This document shows, in pieces, positions 19,369-28,911 of a stretch of DNA of 64,000 bases. The notes beneath the pieces were generated by a model. It was not told where the DNA came from. It did no database searches and saw nothing but the letters and a program-made list of their open reading frames with translations. A program made the translations under genes and the position numbers. The first letter of the stretch is position 1; every line of letters begins with the position of its first letter. The DNA comes from Ginsengibacter sp. (GTDB taxonomy: Bacteria; Bacteroidota; Bacteroidia; Chitinophagales; Chitinophagaceae): contig JBQCFI010000289.1 in NCBI GenBank assembly GCA_051959325.1, positions 28,142 through 92,141 of the forward strand, in the 5' to 3' direction.

Positions 19369-19672
19369 ATGAATTACGACGAAATTATTACTCAATGCTT
19401 AGGTTTTAAAACCCAGCATGAACTTGAAAACTATTTAAATGAACTTTTTAAAAATTATTCTTTTAGTGAAGAAATGGAAATGTTGTAATCAATTGAAAAA
19501 AAAAGTATGGCAGATGGCACATGAAAATAATTTAGATGATGAAGTAATAGATTATATTGGCTTTAGTACTTCAACTGAAGAGGCAGAAATTGGATGTACT
19601 TCACACTTAAAGAATCCTGAAGATGCTTATCCTGGTATATTGCATTGGATAAATGGAAAAGCAAAGCAATGA
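19369..19672 (+). pseudogene. Frameshifted hypothetical gene
   Basis: ATG 19369 frame stops at TAA 19486-88; removing one base in TTGTAAT joins it to ...NQLKKKVWQMAHE..., ending at 19672. Confidence 0.5.
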
Positions 19673-19709
19673 TTTATTCGTTTTGAGCAATATTGGAATA
19701 AAGCATTAT

Positions 19710-19846
19710 TTAAGTTTTAGAATTATATAATTTCAATTCAAATTCCTAATTAATAAAGCTAGCATCCGCCCTGTAAGGCTACCAGGGATATCCACCTATT
19801 ACATCGCCAGGAAAATGAGCTCAAGATAAACCCTGCTGCAGCATAC
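19710..19846 (-). pseudogene. Decayed 3' fragment of a PAP2 gene (copy of the 3' end of 21553-22140)
   Basis: Shares TTACATCGCCAGGAAAATGA, AGATAAACCC and AATTTCAATTCAA with the 21553-21690 region and the same ...KT* end. Confidence 0.8.
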
Positions 19847-19878
19847 CTGGGATTCGATTATGTAAAATAAAATGGCAA

Positions 19879-20982
19879 TTATTTTTTGACTCCAATAATA
19901 ATAGCATTTGCTACAGGATGATTGGCAGTAAATTTTAATCCTAAAAGTGAAGCAATTGTTTGTGCAAATTGCTTTTGATAAATCTGCATTTCTGTTTTTA
20001 ATTCACCTTTTGCAGGAATATCTGGCCCCATTACTGCAAACCATATCTCATTTGCGCCAGGAATATCACTTCCGTGGCTTGTCCATTGATTTTTATTATT
20101 ATCGCCGCGTCCATGGTCAACTGTAATGAATAATGAAGTTTTGTTCTTGTATTGCGGCTCACTTTGAATATAATTCCAAATGTCTTTTACCCATGCATCA
20201 AACTGATGCGCCGATTCCAGATAATCTTTGTAGTGACCTGCATGCGCCCATTCATCAGTTTCGCCATAAGCGATGTAAAGTAGCTTCGGCTTTTTGGTTT
20301 TCAAATATTCCATTGCTTCATATTGGGTAAACACATCAAGACATTCATCCATATCCCAGGGTTTATAAGAATCTCTGAGCATGGCATTAATCATCTTTTC
20401 TTTCGACGTTGCATTTTTTCCACCTGTTGGCGCAAATGCGGCTATTACCGGAAATCCGCAACGCGGTTTATTTAAAATTCTGTCGAAGGCTTCCCATGCG
20501 CCAAAAGCTGCAACACTATTTTTGAATTTCGGTTGCTTATTAATAAACTCCAAAACATTGGTATTGGGATTATTTTTATAATTGTTGGAATTAATTAACG
20601 TATCTACATAACCACAAAATATTTCGCTGTAGCCTGGATACGAGAACCAGTAAGGGTTTGAATTATTCACCTTATTTCCAAAAATACGATTTCCATATAT
20701 TTGTCCGTTTGCTGCAATCGTATTCCAAAGAAAAGGGAGCAATTTTTTTCTTCTCTCAGAAACATCGTTCGCCCAATATTTTTTAAAGATAAAAGTGCTG
20801 TCGCCCTGATTATATTTTCTGCGATTTGCAATCGCAGAATCCATTCCGCCAAATGCCTCCTGCCAGCGAAAACCATCAGTAGTGATGATTATGATATTTT
20901 CTGTTTTTTGCTGCGCAAAAGAAGGTTTTATGTTGGTTAAAAAAACAAACATAAGCAGCCACAAGATTTTAGGTTTTTTCAT
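19879..20982 (-). CDS. Secreted alkaline-phosphatase-superfamily metalloenzyme (phosphoglyceromutase-like)
   Basis: Signal peptide from ATG 20982 (MKKPKILW); IITTDGFRWQE, SYPGYSE, GETDEWAH, TVDHG. The track's extension to 21195 overlaps EamA and is judged spurious. Confidence 0.85.
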   Translation of the reverse strand: MKKPKILWLLMFVFLTNIKPSFAQQKTENIIIITTDGFRWQEAFGGMDSAIANRRKYNQGDSTFIFKKYWANDVSERRKKLLPFLWNTIAANGQIYGNRIFGNKVNNSNPYWFSYPGYSEIFCGYVDTLINSNNYKNNPNTNVLEFINKQPKFKNSVAAFGAWEAFDRILNKPRCGFPVIAAFAPTGGKNATSKEKMINAMLRDSYKPWDMDECLDVFTQYEAMEYLKTKKPKLLYIAYGETDEWAHAGHYKDYLESAHQFDAWVKDIWNYIQSEPQYKNKTSLFITVDHGRGDNNKNQWTSHGSDIPGANEIWFAVMGPDIPAKGELKTEMQIYQKQFAQTIASLLGLKFTANHPVANAIIIGVKK

Positions 20983-21134
20983 TATTAGTATTATTATTAA
21001 AAGTATTATTATTAAATTACTACAATAAAGATGACAACATTTTTTTGAAAATACAGCCTCAGAAACATCAAAACAACGTCTCTTTTTTAAAAACAGTACA
21101 GCAGTTTTACGAAAAAGCCGAAAAAAAGCAATCT

Positions 21135-21548
21135 TTATAAAATCAAAACAAGGCCTCCACCAATAATCAATAATGCGCCAATTGCGGTTCTCCATGTTAA
21201 TGGTTCTCCTAAAAATACTACCGCTAAGATTATTGCAATCGCAACACTCATTTTATCAATCGGCGCTACCTGCGATACTTCACCTAATTGAAGCGCCTTG
21301 AAATAAAATATCCATGAAAGGCCTGTGGCAACACCCGATAAGCAAAGAAAAATAATATTTTGTTTAGTTAGCGAATGCATTGTGTAAGCGCCGCCCCTGA
21401 TAAATGCAATGCCCCAGGCAATGATTAAAATAACAATTGTTCGAATGGCTGTCGCCAAATCGGTATCCACTCCTTTGATGCCTACTTTTGCGAAGATGGC
21501 TGTCAATGCTGCAAATAAAGCAGCAAGTAAGGCATATATCCACCACAT
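21135..21548 (-). CDS. Single-domain EamA/DMT-family transporter
   Basis: ALFAALTAIFAKVG, LATAIRT, SWIFYFKAL, VAPIDKMS, FLGE. Confidence 0.9.
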   Translation of the reverse strand: MWWIYALLAALFAALTAIFAKVGIKGVDTDLATAIRTIVILIIAWGIAFIRGGAYTMHSLTKQNIIFLCLSGVATGLSWIFYFKALQLGEVSQVAPIDKMSVAIAIILAVVFLGEPLTWRTAIGALLIIGGGLVLIL

Positions 21549-21552
21549 AATT

Positions 21553-22140
21553 TTAAGTTTTAAGTTTATAAAATTTCAATTCAAGCTGTTGATAAATTAG
21601 TGCAAACATCCATCCTGTAAAACTACCAAAGAAGATTCCTCCAATTACATCGCCAGGAAAATGAACACCGAGATAAACCCGGCTATAGCAGACTAATAAT
21701 GCCCATGCAAAAAGCAAATAAGGAAACCATTTAATTTTTTGTTTTGTAATTAATGTAAGGTAAATAGTCAGACCGCTTACATTACAGGCATGAGCGGAAA
21801 TAAAACCAACCTGTCCTCCGCGATAATTGTTTACATAATGTAATAAATTTTCAATGCCGGGAATATGGCTTGGCCGCAATCTTATTTCCATTGATCTTAT
21901 AACCGTTGATGCAATCTGATCGGTACAAACAACTAAAGGAATAATTAGAAGAATTAGAAGCCAGCTTTTTTTACGGTAATAAAATATCAGCAGAAGAATC
22001 AGCAAAAAATAAAACGGATACCAGGAAGTTTCTCCGCTTGCGAACCACATAATTTTGTCCCAGAATAAATTATGATGACTGTTTATCAGCAACAATAGTT
22101 GTTTGTCCCAATAATTAATCCATCGAAGAAATGCCTGCAT
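21553..22140 (-). CDS. PAP2-family membrane phosphatase #3
   Basis: RSMEIRLRP, FISAH (PSGH variant), SRVYLGVHFPGD. Confidence 0.9.
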   Translation of the reverse strand: MQAFLRWINYWDKQLLLLINSHHNLFWDKIMWFASGETSWYPFYFLLILLLIFYYRKKSWLLILLIIPLVVCTDQIASTVIRSMEIRLRPSHIPGIENLLHYVNNYRGGQVGFISAHACNVSGLTIYLTLITKQKIKWFPYLLFAWALLVCYSRVYLGVHFPGDVIGGIFFGSFTGWMFALIYQQLELKFYKLKT

Positions 22141-22741
22141 CTTTTAAAAAATTTTGTTTAATAAAAACCCGGCTGATTATAACAGCTAAGCCGGAACTGA
22201 TAATCATAGAAGCAATGACATCACTTGGATAATGGACACCTAAAACAACCCGTGAATATGCTACCATAAACGCCCATATCCAGATTAAAAACAACCACAC
22301 ATTTTGTTTTGGAAATAAAATACTCAGGGAAGTTGCAATTAAAAAGGCATCTGCTGTGTGTCCGGATGGAAAAGAAGGGCTGCCACCACCTGATAGCTTT
22401 TCTATAAATGAATCCACTTCATAAGGCCGCTGCCGGTTTACCACCTGTTTAATGATTTCTATTATTATCGTATTAATGCCAAGGGAAATGAGTATCAGCC
22501 AGCTTTGCCTTTTTAATTTAAACCGATGTTTTACGAAGGCATATATCAAAAGAAAGACCGGTATTGCATAAGCTACAATATAAGAAGTGTTGGTGATGAA
22601 AATAAAAAAACCATCTAACGGCTTTATTCTTTCATGATTGATGAATTCTAAAAGTTGTAAATCCATTTCATACAATACACGAAAAAAATGTGCAAGAAGA
22701 AAGAAAAGAAAATGTGTGAAGGAAAGATAGAATGTGTGCAC
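22115..22741 (-). CDS. PAP2-family membrane phosphatase #4
   Basis: KQVVNRQRP, FPSGH, SRVVLGVHYPSD; start is GTG 22741 or ATG 22666. Confidence 0.9.
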   Translation of the reverse strand: MHTFYLSFTHFLFFLLAHFFRVLYEMDLQLLEFINHERIKPLDGFFIFITNTSYIVAYAIPVFLLIYAFVKHRFKLKRQSWLILISLGINTIIIEIIKQVVNRQRPYEVDSFIEKLSGGGSPSFPSGHTADAFLIATSLSILFPKQNVWLFLIWIWAFMVAYSRVVLGVHYPSDVIASMIISSGLAVIISRVFIKQNFLKDAGISSMD

Positions 22742-22775
22742 GCCTATAAGATTTAAATTTTATGATTTAAATAAT

Positions 22776-22828
22776 GCAGGCGCCATCAGTCCCTTTCGGG
22801 ACGGTTATACAGGAAGGCTCCATTTCCA
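22776..22828 (-). ncRNA. Fluoride riboswitch (crcB motif) #3
   Basis: Minus strand GGAAATGGAGCCTTCC-TGTATAACC-GTCCC GAAA GGGAC-TGATGGCGCCTGC: same layout as the copies before CLC and crcB; one A-G mismatch in the pseudoknot. Confidence 0.8.
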
Positions 22829-22836
22829 AAAGTCGG

Positions 22837-22844
22837 CAAATATA
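22837..22844 (-). promoter_or_regulatory. -7 box TATATTTG just upstream of riboswitch #3
   Basis: Matches TAnnTTTG about 9 nt before the aptamer GG. Confidence 0.65.
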
Positions 22845-22907
22845 AAAGGATTATGATAAATGAGCTTTTTAATTTCCGACATAAAGTCTAAACAAATATT
22901 TACAGGC

Positions 22908-22941
22908 CAAAACTAAAATCGAATTCTGTTAAGAATCTGAA
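22908..22941 (-). promoter_or_regulatory. Direct-repeat box plus -7 box (second, upstream promoter of the PAP2 cluster)
   Basis: Minus strand TTCAGATTCTTAACAGAATT, 6 nt, TAGTTTTG. Confidence 0.68.
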
Positions 22942-23281
22942 CTACGTGCCTTTTTATAGGAAACCCGCAAATATTCAAGAACACGGTATGTTTTATTGCA
23001 GCTATGGGTGATTTGGCTATGGCCTTCCTTTATCACATCCTTCCTGTACCATCAGAAGAATAATTTATTTACCACCGAACAAAAATGAACTAGCGATTGG
23101 CAATCTTTTAAAATTGCCTTTTGCCAAAATCCGAAAATGGAAGGAAAATGATAGAGAAGAAGGAAATAAAAATAAATTGAAACGCTGGCAATGCATCGTT
23201 CAGAATTATAGGAAGCTAAATTTTTTAATGCGGCGTTAACGTAATAAGCATAAATTTATTCTTCAAATGACTTAATTAAAA

Positions 23282-24103
23282 ATGGCTTTGAAACTGATTA
23301 TTAAAAATAAAATTGGCACGGAAAGGACTATAAAAATTTCACCTTTCAAAAAAGATATAAGGAAAACAAATCCTCATAAGCACAATAATTATTTTGAAAT
23401 TATTTATCTCTCAAACGGCAGTGGCTTTCATTACATTGACCAGAATAAATATCTTATTAAACCGCCTGTCCTGTTTTTTATCAGACAGGAACAGGTTCAT
23501 TATTGGGAATTAGAAAATGAACCGGAAGGTTATGTACTGATTATCAAAAAAAACTTTATTGGAAGAAGTCTCGATAATGAACTTAAATCCTTATTCACAA
23601 GAATTTCCAGCCAATGTTGTTTGCAGATAACAGAGACGGGAACTATAGAACAGATAATGCAATTACTTGCTGAAGAAAGCAAAGCAGATGATGAAAGTGT
23701 ATTTCATATAATGGAAGGTTTGCTAAAATCTTTGTTAGCTAAAATATTGCAGGTATCCCAACAGGTTATTAATAGTGCAGAAGTTAAATCCGACACTTAT
23801 CATTCTTTTACTGAATTATTGAGAGCAGGCAGTGGCATAAAAAACAAAGTGGCATTTTATGCCGAGAATCTCAACACGTCCCCACAAAACTTAAATGCGG
23901 TTTGCCGTAAAGCAACCAATCAATCAGCAGCGGATGTTCTATCAGCATTTGTATTAAATGAGGCAAAAAGGCTATTGCTCTATACAAATAATACCATTTC
24001 GGAAATTGCCTTTGCTCTTGAATTTACCGACCCTTCTCATTTTGTAAAATATTTTAAAAAGCATGTAGGAGCCACACCCAAAGCTTTCCGAAATAGCAAT
24101 TAA
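23282..24103 (+). CDS. AraC-family transcriptional regulator
   Basis: N-terminal cupin (PHKHNNYFEIIY); C-terminal EAKRLLLYT..TISEIAFALEF.DPSHFVKYFKK. Confidence 0.93.
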   Translation: MALKLIIKNKIGTERTIKISPFKKDIRKTNPHKHNNYFEIIYLSNGSGFHYIDQNKYLIKPPVLFFIRQEQVHYWELENEPEGYVLIIKKNFIGRSLDNELKSLFTRISSQCCLQITETGTIEQIMQLLAEESKADDESVFHIMEGLLKSLLAKILQVSQQVINSAEVKSDTYHSFTELLRAGSGIKNKVAFYAENLNTSPQNLNAVCRKATNQSAADVLSAFVLNEAKRLLLYTNNTISEIAFALEFTDPSHFVKYFKKHVGATPKAFRNSN

Positions 24104-24131
24104 TATACCACATTATTTTCAAATATACCAT
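24103..24131 (+). promoter_or_regulatory. Putative AraC operator 1 (ATACCA repeat, 20-nt period)
   Basis: ATATACCACATTATTTTCAAATATACCAT; 24/29 identical copy at 30072-30100. Confidence 0.65.
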
Positions 24132-24193
24132 GTTTTGAAACGGATATAGTTCCATATTTGCAAAGTGTTTAAAAGAATTAAGACTAATATACT

Positions 24194-25567
24194 ATGCCTA
24201 ATAGGATGCTGAATAAAAATTACCTGATTCTTGTTGTATTATTTACGCTAATCTTCCAAATATCTTTCGCTCAAAATCCTAATGGATTAAAGGATTTGAT
24301 ATCGCTTGCAGAAAAGAATTATCCTTCTATCGCTGCAAAAAAAGCGCAATCCTTAGCGATGCAAAAAAATATAGCCATACAAAAAAATACCTTTTTGCCA
24401 TCGGTGGATGCGGCCTACCAAACGGATTATGCTACCTATAATAATATAACCGGAATGGCTTTTCCGCAATACATCATTCCTATCAGCGGGCCACCTTCCA
24501 CTAAGAATAATTTTAGTGGAGTATTCGGAAGTGCCGCAAGCATATTGATGAACTGGCAACCGGTTACTTTTGGTCAACGACCTGCGCAAATAAATGTGGC
24601 TCAACAGAATTACCAATTAAGCCTCGCAGATGAAAGCAATACTGTTTACCAACTTCAATTGAATGTAATTGCTGTTTATCTGAATATTGTTCTTGCAGAT
24701 GAACTGCTTAAAGTTTACCAGCAAAACATCATCAGAACACAGGCCCAGCTTAGGCAAATAAGGTCACTGGTAGTAAGTGGATTAAAACCCGGTACGGATA
24801 CTTCTTTATACCAGGCAGAATTATCAAAGGCTACAATTGATTTGTACAACCTGCAACAGTACCGTGCTCAACAGCAAAATCAATTAGGCCTATTGACGGG
24901 AAACGCAAATTTGGTGGTTGCCGCAGACAGTTCTTTTGTACAATACGTTCCCGGCATCAACCTGCAGAATAATATAATGGTACATCCATTAATACTATAT
25001 GGAGAACAATTGGTAAAAGTGCAGGAAGCTAATAAAACAGCTATAAAAAAATCGCTGATGCCCAAACTAAGTGTATGGAGTACGCTATACGGCCGCGGTT
25101 CGGGCATCAGGTATGATGGCGAAGTGAAATCTATGGAAGGCCTCGGCTTTAGCAGGTTTAATTATGGAATCGGTTTGCAACTAAGTGTGCCTATTTTAAA
25201 ATATGTGGATGTAAGGTTGCAATTGCAAAAGCAGGATGCGCTCATAAAAAGTTACCAGTCGCAGTTGCAGCAAACCCAATTGCAGTTGTTGCACGACAGC
25301 CTCGATGCGCAATTAGTAATGGCCAATTCAATTAAGGTAATGAAAGAAACTGCCGTTCAAACAAGTTCTGCTAATGCAGCATACCGCTCTATGAAGGGCA
25401 GATATGATGCAGGGTTAGCAAATTTTACAGAACTTATTCAAACGCAATATGCTTTGCTGAAAGCGGAAACAGATGCGAAGCAAGCTATCTTAAACATTTG
25501 GGAAGCTTTGCTGAAAAAAGCGTCATCCGAAGGTGATGTAAATGTTTTTTTGAAAGAAGTGAAATAG
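24194..25567 (+). CDS. TolC-family outer membrane protein
   Basis: Signal peptide, coiled coils, GLQLSVPI, RYDAGL. Confidence 0.88.
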   Translation: MPNRMLNKNYLILVVLFTLIFQISFAQNPNGLKDLISLAEKNYPSIAAKKAQSLAMQKNIAIQKNTFLPSVDAAYQTDYATYNNITGMAFPQYIIPISGPPSTKNNFSGVFGSAASILMNWQPVTFGQRPAQINVAQQNYQLSLADESNTVYQLQLNVIAVYLNIVLADELLKVYQQNIIRTQAQLRQIRSLVVSGLKPGTDTSLYQAELSKATIDLYNLQQYRAQQQNQLGLLTGNANLVVAADSSFVQYVPGINLQNNIMVHPLILYGEQLVKVQEANKTAIKKSLMPKLSVWSTLYGRGSGIRYDGEVKSMEGLGFSRFNYGIGLQLSVPILKYVDVRLQLQKQDALIKSYQSQLQQTQLQLLHDSLDAQLVMANSIKVMKETAVQTSSANAAYRSMKGRYDAGLANFTELIQTQYALLKAETDAKQAILNIWEALLKKASSEGDVNVFLKEVK

Positions 25568-25665
25568 TAGTTTTTTATTTTTTCGACAAAAAGCAATGTG
25601 GGTGAATTAATTAAGAATAAAGATTAGGCATCATAAATTATTCCCAAAAATAGCATCATAAAAAA

Positions 25666-28600
25666 ATGAATTTACTACGTGGAGCCTTAAGGAAACCGGT
25701 TACTATTATTGTTACAATAATATCTATTGTGTTTTTCTCAATAATGGCTATTCGCAATATGAAGATTGATATTTTCCCCACACTTGGCTTGCCGACAGTA
25801 TATGTGGCACAGCCGTATGGCGGATTATCACCAGAACAAATGGAAGGTTATGTAGCGTCTTACTATGAATATCACTTTTTATACGTTACGGGAGTAAAAT
25901 TTGTAGAATCAAAATCTATCCAGGGTGCATCCGTTATAAAAATTCAATTCCAGGAAGGTACAGATATGGCTCAGGCAATGGCAGAAATTGTAGGCTATGT
26001 AAATCGGGCAAGGGCCTTTATGCCACCAGGCACTGTACCGCCGTTTATTACCCGTTTTGATGCAGGTAGCGTGCCTGTAGGGCAATTGGTATTTACTTCA
26101 GACTCCAAGACATTAGGTGAAATACAAGACCTTGCCTTGTTCAGGGTAAGGCCAATGTTCGCCACTTTGCCGGGAGTATCGGCGCCTCCGCCATTTGGGG
26201 GCAACCAGAAAACGGTGATTATCCGCGTGGACCCGCAGAAACTTCAGAATTATCATCTTTCTCCTGATGCTGTGGTACAGGCGCTTGCCAAATCCAATAC
26301 GATAACTCCTTCCGGAAATGTTCGCATTGGGGATGAAACCTATATTACTTCTCAAAATTCAGTAGTAGAAAATATTCAGGCATTACAAAATGTTCCAATA
26401 TCTACGGGTCCCGGGGCAGGAGTTTATATCAAAGATATCGGCCAGGTAGAATTAGGCGCTGATGTGGCCACCAGTTATGCACTGATTAATGGAAAACGTT
26501 CAGTCTATATTCCGGTAACTAAAAGAGCAGATGCTTCTACCTGGGATGTGGTAAAAAGAGTGAAAGCGGCTTTGCCGGATATGCAGGCCGCCGTACCACC
26601 AGACATAAAAATCAGTTATGAATTTGACCAGTCGGGTTATGTAATCAATTCGCTCAAAAGCTTGTTATTTGAAGGCGGCTTAGGGGCTATATTTACCGGC
26701 CTGATGGTGTTACTATTTTTAGGCGACCGCCGAAGCGCTCTTATCGTGGTGCTCACCATACCGCTGGCTTTACTTTCCGGTATTATACTGTTGTTTCTTA
26801 CCGGTCAAACAATAAATATCATGACTCTTGGCGGCCTTGCACTGGCTGTGGGAATATTAGTTGACCAGGCCACGGTAACCATCGAAAACATTCATCAGCA
26901 TTTGGAAATGGGCAAAACAAAAGCCCGTGCTATTGTAGATGCGTGCAACGAAATAGCCTTTCCATTATTGCTGATTCTTTTATGTATCCTGGCGGTATTT
27001 GTGCCCGCTTTGTTCATGAGCGGAGTACCCAAATCCATGTTTATGCCGCTATCCCTTTCAGTGGGATTTTCTTTAATTGCTTCTTATTTTCTTGCACTCA
27101 CATTTGTACCGGTAATGTCTAACTGGTTATTAAAATCCGATTTGCACGAGAAATTGCAACAGCACCATGTAGGTCCTTTTGCCCGCTTCAGGGAAAGATA
27201 CCTGCAGGCAGGGCATTATTTTTCAAAACGCTATCGTCCTATCAACTGGATTTATTTTATTGCTTCCATTTTAATACTCATTCCCCTTTTTATGTTTACA
27301 GGAACGGAGATATTTCCGAAAGTAGATGCAGGACAGGCCGTAATGAGGTTGCGAATGCCAACAGGCACAAGGCTGGAACGCACAGAAGACGCAACCAGGA
27401 AAGTATTGCAAATCGCTAATAATATTACGGGAAACAAGGTAGCGATAAGTTCTGCATTCATTGGTGTGCAGCCATCAAGTTATCCTATTAACCTGATTTA
27501 TTTATGGACAAGCGGCCCTCAGGAATCTGTCATCCGTTTTAATCTTGCTAAAGATGTGGATATGCCAATTGAAGCATTTAAAGAAAAGATGCGCAGCGAT
27601 GTGGCGCAATCATTTCCCGAAGCAAGGGTTTCTTTTGAACCCGGCGACCTGGTAGAGCAGGTACTGAATCTTGGATCAAACAATCCCATTGAAATTACCG
27701 TACTTGACCGTAACCTTACCGAAGGCGACAAACTGGCCAATCAATTGTTGAAAGGGCTTGGAAATGTAAAAGGGCTTAGAGATTTGCAAATTGCCACGCC
27801 TTTGGACTATCCGGCTATTAAGCTAAATATTGACCGGGTTAAAGCGGGACAGTCAGGGCTTACCACAGAACAGGTTGCACGTTCCACAGTGGCTGCTACT
27901 TCATCAAGCAGGTTTACACAACCCAACTACTGGTTAGATAAAGCAACCGGAACAGCTTACCAGGTGCAGGTGGAATATCCTGAATATAAAATGAATTCTA
28001 TTTCCGAACTGGAAATGGTTCCTGTTAACTCAGGGCAGCCACAGGTTTATTTAAGAGATGTAGCCAGCTGGCAGAAGACGGTAGTACCCGGCGAATATGA
28101 CCGGCTCAACCAGCAGCGCTTCATCACTATTACAGCTAATATTTATAAACGCGACCTGGGTTCGGTGGTAAAAGAAGTGAATAATAAAATTACGGAATTA
28201 GGTGCATTGCCACGTGGGGTTAAAGTTACGCTTCGCGGGCAGGCGGATTTACTCAACCAGACTTTAAGCGAATTGCAATTTGGCTTACTGATAGCTGTAA
28301 TCGTAATCTTTCTGTTGCTTGCAGTTTATTTTCAATCGTTCAGGCTGGCGCTTACTTCACTTTCAATCATTCCGGCAGTAATTGCAGGGTCTGTTTTACT
28401 GTTACTTATTACGGGCAAAACATTGAATATCCAATCTTATATGGGTACCATCATGGCGGTGGGCGTGGCAATTTCCAATGCCATACTTTTTATTACCAAT
28501 GCGGAGCTATTGCGGCGGACAGGAAATATTACAACAGCGCACCTTACGGGGGCAAGCACGCGATTACGGCCGATTTTGATGACCAGCCTTGCTATGATTG

Positions 28601-28833
28601 CCGGTATGTTACCGATGTCATTAGGTTTAGGCGAAGGTGGAGACCAGACGGCACCGTTAGGCATAGCCGTAGTTGGCGGGCTTCTTTTTTCCATGTTCAG
28701 TACTTTATTTTTTCTTCCGCTTATTTATAAGGGTATTGTTGGCAAAAGAAATTATGTCAATATCTCTATGGACCCGGGCGATGAGAGCAGCAGTCATTTT
28801 GACCACAACAATATAAATGAAATCATTGAATAA
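25666..28833 (+). CDS. RND permease (AcrB/CusA superfamily)
   Basis: 1055 aa; IDIFP, GILVDQATV, RLRPILMT, PLGIAVVGG. Confidence 0.95.
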   Translation: MNLLRGALRKPVTIIVTIISIVFFSIMAIRNMKIDIFPTLGLPTVYVAQPYGGLSPEQMEGYVASYYEYHFLYVTGVKFVESKSIQGASVIKIQFQEGTDMAQAMAEIVGYVNRARAFMPPGTVPPFITRFDAGSVPVGQLVFTSDSKTLGEIQDLALFRVRPMFATLPGVSAPPPFGGNQKTVIIRVDPQKLQNYHLSPDAVVQALAKSNTITPSGNVRIGDETYITSQNSVVENIQALQNVPISTGPGAGVYIKDIGQVELGADVATSYALINGKRSVYIPVTKRADASTWDVVKRVKAALPDMQAAVPPDIKISYEFDQSGYVINSLKSLLFEGGLGAIFTGLMVLLFLGDRRSALIVVLTIPLALLSGIILLFLTGQTINIMTLGGLALAVGILVDQATVTIENIHQHLEMGKTKARAIVDACNEIAFPLLLILLCILAVFVPALFMSGVPKSMFMPLSLSVGFSLIASYFLALTFVPVMSNWLLKSDLHEKLQQHHVGPFARFRERYLQAGHYFSKRYRPINWIYFIASILILIPLFMFTGTEIFPKVDAGQAVMRLRMPTGTRLERTEDATRKVLQIANNITGNKVAISSAFIGVQPSSYPINLIYLWTSGPQESVIRFNLAKDVDMPIEAFKEKMRSDVAQSFPEARVSFEPGDLVEQVLNLGSNNPIEITVLDRNLTEGDKLANQLLKGLGNVKGLRDLQIATPLDYPAIKLNIDRVKAGQSGLTTEQVARSTVAATSSSRFTQPNYWLDKATGTAYQVQVEYPEYKMNSISELEMVPVNSGQPQVYLRDVASWQKTVVPGEYDRLNQQRFITITANIYKRDLGSVVKEVNNKITELGALPRGVKVTLRGQADLLNQTLSELQFGLLIAVIVIFLLLAVYFQSFRLALTSLSIIPAVIAGSVLLLLITGKTLNIQSYMGTIMAVGVAISNAILFITNAELLRRTGNITTAHLTGASTRLRPILMTSLAMIAGMLPMSLGLGEGGDQTAPLGIAVVGGLLFSMFSTLFFLPLIYKGIVGKRNYVNISMDPGDESSSHFDHNNINEIIE

Positions 28834-28911
28834 CATTTTGTAGTATCCTTCATAAAATGTTCATTTAAATAAATTCGTAATGGCATAAAATTATTCTTCC
28901 AATTAAAGTAT

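Noticed and set aside
20983-21195. 71-aa N-terminal extension of the AP-family ORF
   Set aside because: It overlaps EamA and is low complexity; a good signal peptide begins at ATG 20982.
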